Origin: Octopus vulgaris
Lineage: Eukaryota
Reading direction: 5' to 3'
Length of the DNA stretch: 64,000 bases
Assembly: GCA_951406725.2 (NCBI GenBank)
Contig: OX597829.1
Span: 5,208,001 to 5,272,000 of the forward strand
The position numbers were made by a program, and so were the translations under genes. This document shows positions 53,946 to 64,000 of the stretch, in pieces. Within the stretch, counting starts at the first letter, position 1. The number at the start of each line of letters is the position of its first letter. The notes under the pieces were generated by a model. It was not told the origin of the DNA. It saw nothing but the letters and a program-made list of their open reading frames with translations, and ran no database searches.

Positions 53946-54705
53946 ATATATTATCAAAATGATGGAGGAGAAGAAATGAAATTATTTAAATGAACAGAAC
54001 TGGAACAAGATTTCAGCAAAAAGATGTGTTTATAGAACAATGATATTGGATGCCCGAATTCAAAAGAGGCTGCATATGGTACGTGTGCACTGTAAGTAAC
54101 CTATGCTTGATAAAAAAATTCTATTGTTACAGCTTCATCGCCGTTTTCACGTTGCATCCTTTGTAAGGTCAACGCAATGGCCTCTTCGTTGTTGCTGAAC
54201 CTATTTGAGGCATCGGCTAAATCTCCTTCTTGTGACATCTCTCTGTCAATAAGAAAAATGACATATTAGGGAATGTATTACAAGATACATCCCAAAGTGA
54301 TGTGGTGTCTACAGATGGAATGACAGGTCGTCCAAACAGACTAACGACTTGTCACAAGGAATTAGTTTATATAATCTGACTATCGTCTTGAAAATTAAGA
54401 TGTGCTCCATAGTATCTTCGTAATATTGGAAGATAAAGTAATGCTAAAGAGTTTGTTTTTTTTAATAATTTTTTTATAACGTTTTGCTGAAAAATTATAT
54501 ATTTCTATTTGTGAAATTAAATACTTGATAAATTGAACCTAAGTGCAAGTGCTACATAAACAAATACTTAGCATCATAATGACGTCCGAAGATTATATAT
54601 ACAAATACTGAGCGACACAGCGAAGTCCAGGAGCTACATTTACATAGACTTTGTACTTAACGACTTGGCGAAGTTTGGGTGTTGTATAGACAAAAAATGT
54701 TTAGA

Positions 54706-55035
54706 TATGTGAAGGCGTTGTCATACAGGTTAGTGTATTCGGCTCATCGTCATAAGGCAGCGAGTTCGTTTCCTGGCAGCTTGTTGTGTCCTTGAGCAAG
54801 ATTCTTTATTCCACATTGCTCCACTCCACTCAGCTGACAAAAATGTGTTCTACCTGTATTTCAAAGGACCAGCCTTGGTCACATTCGGTGTGTCATGATG
54901 TATTCTCCCCGAGAACTAGATTAAAAGCACGCGTGTTTGTGGAGTGCTCAACCACTTCCATGTTAATTACATGAGTAGGGCTATACGGTTGCTCATATCA
55001 ACTGGAACACTCGTCGTCGTAACCGACGGAGAGCC
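54706..55035 (+). mobile_element. SINE family D, longer copy
   Basis: Very similar to 53756-53945; tail also resembles about 1430-1555. Confidence 0.75.
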
Positions 55036-55501
55036 AGGTCACTTCTTACCAAGTGATATCAAGTAATTCCTGGTATCAGATACACAAACAATTTATATTT
55101 AATGACATTACAAAGTCCACGGTTTATATATACAAATTCTTTACTCGCATTATTTACGCGTTATTCTGTCTATTGGAATCACAATACCTTTTGGGGAAAT
55201 TTTGGGGAAGAGTTATAGTCGATTACATCGGCCCCCAGCGCTCAACTGGTACCTATTTTATCGCCCCCGAAAGCATAAAAGGTAAAGTTGACCTCAGTGG
55301 ACGGAATTCGATCTCAGAACGTAAAGTCGGAAGAAATGCCGCTAAATATTTTATCCGGTGTGCTAGCGATTCTGCCAGCTCACAGTCTTTTTTAGATACG
55401 ATAAGACAACTCAACGATCGAGCTTCAAACACAATGATTCAATCTACTAGCAAAGAAAAAAGAAACAAAAACAATTTTACTAAAGCGTAACTACATAACT
55501 G

Positions 55502-55910
55502 GGATCTTTTCGGTTAGAACGGCAGTTTTTAACATAATTTCTAGGTAACTAAAAAATTTTAAACTTCGTATACTGGTAGAATGTGTTTATAAAACATCTT
55601 TTTCTCTTGGCTTTATTGAGAAAATTCTATGGTTTGTAAGATATTTGTTGTTTTTTTCTTCAATTTCTGCAATTTCAACCAATCACTGACGTCTATTGAG
55701 GTAAAAAACATTCTGTGCCGTATGAATATGTCCCTCGTTTAAGAAACAGATTGGATTTATTGATATTTCTGAAGAAAAAAAGATACCCCCCCCTAACCCT
55801 AACCCTAAAAGAGATTGAAATGTAATAGATCGATACTAGGGTCATATTTATGGGTGACAGTTTCATATGACACCGCTAAAAAAGAACTGCCGTTCAAACC
55901 GAAAAGATCC
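55502..55910 (-). mobile_element. TTAGGG-containing MITE, third copy
   Basis: Both TIRs GGATCTTTTCGG..CCGAAAAGATCC present; no clear TSD. Confidence 0.88.
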
Positions 55911-56334
55911 CACCTTTGATGATATGTATGAGGAATTTGGTCAGAATTTGATGAAAGAACAATAACAATTAGACATTTTAAAAACTTGCTATACATGAAT
56001 TAATATTTGCTTGTCCATGACTGCGGATAATTCAACTGAAAGACAATAAATAAGGAAACAAAGAGTTTGATGCAAGTTCATATGAAGTTATGATAACAGT
56101 GACGGTGGTAAAGCCATAGCAGCGTTGAAAGCAGCGTTGTTTCTTTACTATTTGGGGTGGATGCGGCTATGAATGCGCGGCTCTCTGTGTGTCTGTGTGT
56201 GTGTGTGTACTTAAACCGCTCGATGTCAGTCCTTGCTAAACCGTAGTGTCCCTTAGACAATGTTCTCTGTTATTTTTACGTTGGTAACGTGTGTGATACC
56301 AAGGATATAATGTCGCTATTAAGCAGAATTATAT

Positions 56335-56540
56335 ATTTCTTTATTGCCCACAAGGGGACAAACAAGGGCAGACAAAGGGATTAAGTCGATTACATCGACC
56401 CCAGTGCGTAACTGGTACTTTATTTATCGATCCCGAAAGGATGAAAGGCAAAGTCGACCTCGGCGGAATTTGAACTCAGAACGTAGCGACAGACGAAATA
56501 CTGCTAAGCATTTCACCCGGCACGCTAACGTTTCTGTCAG
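56335..56540 (-). mobile_element. SINE family A
   Basis: Reverse complement of the consensus. Confidence 0.85.
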
Positions 56541-56785
56541 TAATTTACGTTCATGATGTCAGCCTTATTTCAACACTAACTTAGTAAACCCGAGATCGAA
56601 GGCATTCTCGGGATCACAGTTCGGGGTTTTTTTTTCTGTATCTATAGCTGTCTACAGTGTTCTTCACGACCTTCTTTTTGTAACAGAAAAAAGGTTTGTT
56701 ATTGAGGAGAAATTAGATTATTATTTCTAGCAACTCTGATGACAGGGTACAATAGTAATGCTATTCCTTGTGTTTGATGGTTTAA

Positions 56786-57020
56786 GGCGGCGAGCTGGCA
56801 GAAACGTTAGCACGCCGGGCGAAATACGTAGCCGTATTTCGTCTGCCGTTACGTTCTGAGTTCAAATTCCGCCGAGGTCGACTTTTCCTTTCATCCTTTC
56901 GGGGTCGATTAAATAAATACCAGTTACGCACTGGGGTCGATATAATCGACTTAATCCGTTTCTCTGTCCTTGTTTGTCCTCTCTGTGTTTAGCCCCTTGT
57001 GGGCAGTAAAGAAATAGGTA
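56786..57020 (+). mobile_element. SINE family A, full-length
   Basis: Consensus-like. Confidence 0.9.
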
Positions 57021-57319
57021 TTGCGTTTAATAAATGGTTTATAATAACGTTCACACAGTCACATATACTCAGACACACACATACAGACAGACGCTCATAG
57101 AAATACACACATGCACACACGGCTTTGCTTTTGCGCCCTGCGTGTGAATAAAGATTAAAGAAAATGCGAGTGAAAATTAGGGCGAACTTTAATTCTTAAA
57201 TGGGAAAGCCCAATGAGAGAAACTGTCACTTTCACCAACAAAGTACGTTTCTTTCGCATATATACTATGTGTGTATACGTACATACACGCGCGCGTGCAC
57301 ATATGTATGTATGTATGTA

Positions 57320-57660
57320 TGTAAAGCTGGACTCATGAGTCATCTTCGTAGTCATAAAACGAGACAGATGAGTGACAACCTGGCCACTGGTGGTGGTGTT
57401 ACACACCATAATAATCATATCTGTCAGGCATGTGGAAGAGAGTGTAATTCGGCAGGAGGATGTAAACGACATGCCAAGGTACATGAAGCCCAGTTACAAC
57501 TACAACCGGCTATTACCAGTAAAGGTTTTAGTTGCCAATTCTGTACAAGACATTGTAGATCTTTAGCTAGGCTAAAAAGTCACATTCGATCACAGCACTA
57601 GTAACAGTTAAGATTCGTGCAATAGCCATACTCAATAACGAGGGGGCAGCCATAATAATG
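57320..57660 (+). mobile_element. RTE (BovB-like) LINE 3' end with C2H2 zinc fingers
   Basis: ..GLMSHLRSH..CQACGRECNSAGGCKRHAKVH..CQFCTRHCRSLARLKSHIRSQH*, then a short RTE-type tail. Confidence 0.75.
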
Positions 57661-58171
57661 TATTGTATTTATTACTGAACTTAGTAGTATTACTGATTGT
57701 GAAATACAGAGCAAATGCTGGAGAAACTGTGATAAACCCAAGTCAATAGCATTCCTTCCCTACGTACGTTTCACCGCTGTGATTATTTGTGGCTTCTGCA
57801 TTGGATATTCTAAGTCTAAAAAAGTGACCCCATGATGATCCATTGCGGTTCAACATGCCATTCCACTCGGAACATTCAAAGCAGAGACTGCAAATAATCA
57901 TGTACTTCCCAGGCAAACCAGATAACTGAAGCAATCACAGCGCTCAATGTGCCATTGTAAAACTCACAAAGGCTCTTTTACTCTTTTAATCTTTTACTTG
58001 TTTTTAGTCATTTGACAGCGGCCATGCTGGAGTGCCGCCTTTAAAACTTGTTCCCAACCTCCGGATGCCGAAACCCGTCTGTTAACTTCACGTAAACAGT
58101 GAAACTGTGTCAGTGACCAGATCGCAGTTGGCGCGACGAAAATTCTAAAACTAGTCATCAAAAGTATTTTG

Positions 58172-58258
<87 letters not shown>

Positions 58259-58404
58259 TGTGTGCGTGTGTGTACATATATATAGAATATTTTGTATATA
58301 TAATATAGGTATGGTGATAAAAACAGGAAAAATGGAACACAAAATATGAATATATAAATATATATATATATAATTTTTTTTATATATTTTAGATAAACTC
58401 ATAC

Positions 58405-58560
58405 GGCGTGGCTGTGTGGAAAAAGGCTTGCTTTCCAACCACATGGTTCCGGGTTCACTCACACTGCGTTGCACCTTTGGCAAGTGTCTTTTACTATAGC
58501 CTCGGGCCGACCAATGCCTTGTGAGTGGATTTGGTGGATAGAAACTGAAACAAGCCCGTC

Positions 58561-58602
<42 letters not shown>

Positions 58603-58751
58603 TTTATTTAAAGCAGCAGAAAATTCAACAAAATCTGTTACTCTGAGTTTCTCGTTGCCGTTCATCAGACAGTTTTTGCTAGAATGGAACCGATATATCA
58701 ATTCAATCTAGACTCTTACAAAGAGTGGATAGAAACTGAAACAAGCCCGTC

Positions 58752-58802
<51 letters not shown>

Positions 58803-58944
58803 CATAGATACATAGATACATACATACATACATACAAGTACAAGGCTTACAAAGAATAAGTCCTGGAGTCGATTTGTTCGGCTAAAGGAGGTGCTCCAGC
58901 ATGGCTGCAGTCAAATGACTAAAACAAATAAAGGAATGAAAGAA
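58405..58944 (+). mobile_element. SINE family B interrupted in its microsatellite
   Basis: Head 58405-58561; tail about 58835-58944. Confidence 0.8.
58635..58672 (-). ncRNA. Minimal type-I hammerhead ribozyme
   Basis: CUGU CUGAUGA A CG-GCAA-CG A GAAA CUC-A-GAG UA ACAG; A-A mismatch at the base of helix II. Confidence 0.65.
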
Positions 58945-59002
58945 TATATACACACACATATACAGATGTATATATATGTATATATATATATATATATATG
59001 CA

Positions 59003-59046
<44 letters not shown>

Positions 59047-59313
59047 TGTATGTATAACATACATGCATGCTTGTGAGTGCGCGCACGCGTGTAAACAGAG
59101 AGGAGAAGGTTTAGTATACGAGTGATTTCAACGCTGAAAGTTTTTGTAGAAGCGACAGATCGAATTGAAATTTTGATGAGCTTTGCATAAATGTCCACGC
59201 GCCCGTCTGTGCGTATTCGAAGATGCATACCCGTCGGTGTTTGTGTGTGTGTGTGTGTTTACAGAGAGGCGGAATAGTGATGGAAATACACGTGCTTGTA
59301 TGTATAAACATAT

Positions 59314-59350
<37 letters not shown>

Positions 59351-59384
59351 GTTATAATCGTACATACATTTCTGTATTCATTTA

Positions 59385-59747
59385 TTTCTTTACTTGGTCC
59401 AGCCATTCGACTGGTGCCATGCTGGAGTACCACCTTAGAGTGTGTTTAGTCGAAGAAACCGACCCCAGGACTTGTTCTTTATAAGCCTAATACCTATTCT
59501 ATCGGTCAGTTATGCCGAACCACTAAGTTACGGTGCTAAGTTACGGTGACGTAAGCACGTGAATACCGGTTGACAAGTGATGGTGGTGGGACGAACACAC
59601 ACACACACACACATGATAGGCTTCTCTCAGTTTCCGTCTACCAAATCGATTCACAAGGCCCGATGTCAGCACGAGGCTATAGTAGAAGACACTTACTCAA
59701 AGAACCATACAGTGGAACTGAACCCAGAAACATATGGTAGGGAAGCA
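59385..59747 (-). mobile_element. SINE family B
   Basis: Reverse-complement head and tail. Confidence 0.8.
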
Positions 59748-59888
59748 AAATATATATATGTATGTATATGCATACATATATATATATACACATATATACA
59801 TACACATATATGTATGCATGCGTGTGTGTGTATGTACAGTTGTACAGATAAAGACAAATATATGCGTGTGTATGTAATACATATATAT

Positions 59889-59920
<32 letters not shown>

Positions 59921-60005
59921 CCATATCCATCCATCCATCTATCTATCTATCTATCTATCTGTCTGTCTGTCTGTCTGTCTTTCTGTCTGTCTATCTATCT
60001 ATCTA

Positions 60006-60039
<34 letters not shown>

Positions 60040-60111
60040 CATACATACATACATACATACACACACACACATACATACATACATACATACATACATACAT
60101 ACATACATACA

Positions 60112-60142
<31 letters not shown>

Positions 60143-60595
60143 GTAGACATATATACGCAAATGCATACATAGTTATATAGATGTATTTATGTAAAATGCG
60201 CTCATGCTTTTGTGTATGCTTGTATGTATGTACCTCGAAGACTTTTTAATCTAATCAATCGATCCCAGTCCATTTTTGACGAATCATTAAGTCTCGAGGA
60301 AGTAAACAAACCGACACCGGTTGTCGAGCGGTGCTGGGGACAAAACACACACACACACACACGTACATATATATACATATATGAATATATAAAATGGGGA
60401 AGGCTTGTTTATGAGATTACCTTAGATTTTCCCGTTCATAGAGTGTTCAGCTTGATGGCCTATCGTCAGATCCCCCAAACCCTTCATGGATGGATAACCC
60501 AAGGGAACCCCTTAAACCGGCCTTCCCCCCATTCTTTATATATACTGCTTTACATTTTAGTGTGCTTCTTCTTTCGAATTTATGCTTTTTACAGA

Positions 60596-60664
<69 letters not shown>

Positions 60665-60719
60665 CATAGATATACATATATATATATACACATATAACCA
60701 TATATATATTTAAAGAGAC

Positions 60720-61040
<321 letters not shown>

Positions 61041-61119
61041 ATATAAATTAGCTACGAATTTTCTGCTCTGTTATAGGAAAATTTTCCGTGTGTGTGTGTG
61101 TGTGTACGTCTGTGTGTAC

Positions 61120-61270
61120 ATGACGGGTTTCTTTGAGTTTCTGTCTGCCAAATCCACTCACAAGACTTTGGTCAGCCCGGTGCTGTAGTGGAAGACATTT
61201 CCCCAAACTGGGACGTAGTGGGACTGAACCCGGAACCATGTGGCTGGGAAGCAAGTTTCTTACCAGACTA
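61120..61270 (-). mobile_element. SINE family B head
   Basis: Reverse complement of the head. Confidence 0.8.
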
Positions 61271-62513
61271 CAGATGTTCGTGTGTTTGTGTATGTGTGTG
61301 TGTGTGTGCCTGTGTGTCTGATGAAATGAGAGATAGTGTGAGTGAGCGTGTGTGCGTGTGTGTGTGTGTGTGTGTTTAGTGAATGTTTGTGTGTAAAAAT
61401 AGAAGCGGTACACAATTATGTCTAGCATTGAGTCATATCTTTAGGTAATTTCAGCTATCCAATCAGTTATCGATTATATGAATACCAAAGAAGTACCAAG
61501 AGTAGAGCCGGATCTATAGAGTTTGTGGGACAAAGGGGCAACTACTCCGAGTCCCTTTATAGGAGTGGTTCCCTAGTCCTTGTTTGAGGAATGTGAGGCA
61601 AACGTCCTCGGAATCAGAAACAGATTTGAGAATCTTTTAGCGATGTAATTAGCCTCAAATTTAACTTGATTTTCTTTATTTAAAACATTTTGGTCGAAGA
61701 GTTTTGTTAAAACCTCTTAGCAACCCTGCCACTGACTTGTTAGTGCTTGCATTTTATATCATGTGTAAGGTTTACTAAGTATGTTTATATGTAATTTCCA
61801 CGTAACGTTTATGCACACCTGGTCAATATTTTTGCATTTAATTTTTGTTTGTATTTGTAACTTTACAGCTCGTATTGTATACAATAAAGGGGTTTGCTGT
61901 GCATTTTTGATCCTTTAATCTTTGTTTATGAGGGTCCCTCGAACCTGAAGTACCCCGGGTACCTAAGGCAAAATCCATCTCTGAGATCAATATTATCAGC
62001 AAAACCCATTGAAGCCGGTGTCTCAGCTTGGGCCGCCTTTCAACCACTGAAACAATTTATTAATTACGAATATAAAGAACTCAATACTGGATACAAGAAA
62101 CGTATGGGAAATATGATCGATCAAATTTAAGGTTTTACTCAGTAGGAAGGAGAAGTGGAGATGACCTTCGCAAGTCCTCAGATGAGACTGATGCGGTTGA
62201 CATTCAGTGTAAACATTTGACGTGCACAGGAAAAACGTCAGCTTTGGAAGGGGAATTCCTGAGAGTGGACAACTCTAAGGAAGGAATGATAAGTAAAAAC
62301 ATGGTTATTGCTGGGGCTGTGTGTGTGTGTGACAGTTGAAGTGACGAAAGGAGAGCAGAGTAATAATGTATCGGAAGAGTTTGCATGATGTTGATGACTG
62401 GTGTGTGGATAGTTTTAGTGTAAAACCGATGCTGGATCATGAATAAGATTCTTTAAATGCTACATAATTGAAAGAAAAACCATATTACAAAGAATAAAGT
62501 CAAAGTGGCTTAC

Positions 62514-63063
62514 CTCTGGGCAAATTAGCAGCTTCAGTGGTCTGTGGAGTTATAGGGGTATAGGCTGTAGTTGTAGCGTATACACTAGGTAGTAATTCCT
62601 GTAGATGGTCGGCAATCATTGATAAGTTGCGAACCACACCTTCCAGTATGGTAAAATTTTCACCCACCCTTCCGATTTCTTCCTTTTGTGTATTAACTTG
62701 ATCCCGAATCGACCTGAGCGTTTGATGTTGTGATTCAAGAAGGCTGCGTGTGTCAAGCACATCGCCACTGAGTTTATTCAATCTCATGTCCAGTTCGAGG
62801 ACCCGAGCCGAGTTATTTTCACGTTTCAAACCAAGCATTGCACTCATGGTCCCACTAGCCCCAGGGAAATCCTTCTCAAACTTTTTCAGACGATCTTCAA
62901 CCATTCTGTTTACAGAAGCAAGTAAATCGTCACACCTGTACCTTCGCCGGCCCCTTCGACCTCTGCCATTCCTGGGACTTCTTGTACTCGACTCTAGAGT
63001 ACATTGTCCAAAGAGAAGAAAAGCGGTGACTAGAATGCAGACAAATCGCAAGGTGAATGCCAT
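62514..63063 (-). CDS. First coding exon of a secreted coiled-coil protein, probably angiopoietin-like/scabrous-like with a fibrinogen domain
   Basis: ATG at 63063; hydrophobic signal peptide; RGRRGRRR; heptad-rich region; N-glycosylation sequons NNS, NFT, NLS; T/P-rich linker. Donor CCCAGAG|GTAAGC is phase 1 after LPR, fitting the PRDC start of fibrinogen C domains. Confidence 0.85.
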
Positions 63064-64000
63064 ATCTTATAATGGTTAATTTGTTGTTGGTGATGATGTA
63101 TTTACGTGTATAATCACTTGCGAAAATTGATTGTTTTGTAAGTTTGTTTTACGTCGATACTTTTCGAAAGTTTAGGGGAAAATAATCCACATGTATAGAT
63201 ATATGAACGCAGACAAGAGCTGATAAATATGTGTGTGTGTGTGTACGTGTATCTGCTGCACGTGTTTCTGTGTATGTGTTCGTGTGTCAATTGCGTGCGT
63301 AATGTTGTATACGTATTATGTATGTACGTATAGATATTAAATTGCAGAAAATGTTGACTCTTCAAGTTTTAACTTGAATTTCCAAATATATGTCTGTATA
63401 TACAGCTGTATATGTTCAAGTGAGTATGTACAAATATTTATTTACAAATGTATAAACAACGCGAGTTAGAATCGTTTTTCCGTGATTAACTTTATCGTTG
63501 GTAAGAAGATAAACTTGAAATATATGTATGTATATACGCAGCAAAAGTATAATATATGTTTGTAGGAGTATGTACTTATGAAGAAATATATTTGTTGTGA
63601 TGAAAGAAAGATACGTATCTGTTTGACGTTTCGCTAAGAATTTCCGTAAAAACGAAAACAATCCGTATATTTATGTGTGACATACGTATATTGTAAATGA
63701 ATCAGAGTCCAGCTACAAATTCCAGTTCGCTGCTTCGATAGTTTGACGCTTAATAAAAAAACATCATTACACGGTGTAAGAAAAAAAAAATAAGTGGATT
63801 TCTTGGAAGAAGAAAAGAAAAAAGTAAATTTTGGTAAAAATAGAAAAATTCTTGATAAAAGTGAAAATCGCTAAAATTGTAAAATTTGGTAAACCCAACA
63901 AATTTGATAAACACAATATCTCAGTGAAAGAAGAGAAATTGCTAAACTTGGTAAATTTTTTTTTAAATTGGTAATAATTTCCTTAAAACTGTTAGAATTG

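Noticed and set aside
61504-61983. Harbinger-like MITE
   Set aside because: Termini too degenerate to support.
62750-63079. 109-aa plus-strand ORF
   Set aside because: Antisense shadow of the real exon.

Overview
AT-rich, microsatellite-saturated metazoan DNA. The SINE and LINE repertoire is typical of an octopod cephalopod (Octopus-like; inferred). Nearly all ORFs in the supplied track are microsatellite artefacts. One host coding exon is convincing: 62514-63063 (-), encoding a signal peptide, polybasic site, coiled coil and Thr/Pro linker, and ending LPR|G at a phase-1 GTAAG donor. It is probably the first exon of an angiopoietin/scabrous-like fibrinogen-domain protein; no downstream fibrinogen exon was found by eye. 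The rest is repeats: four tRNA-type SINE families, RTE, L1/Tx1 and R4/Dong-like LINE fragments, mariner/Tc1 remnants, a non-autonomous Helitron, and Merlin-, piggyBac- and Tc1-type MITEs. The most notable hidden layer is a set of short inserts in (TA)n/(TTA)n microsatellites. They carry type-I hammerhead ribozymes of the Penelope/retrozyme kind: four near-canonical, all on the minus strand, plus several core variants, often in fold-back palindromes. All calls were made by eye; coordinates of degenerate repeats are approximate.
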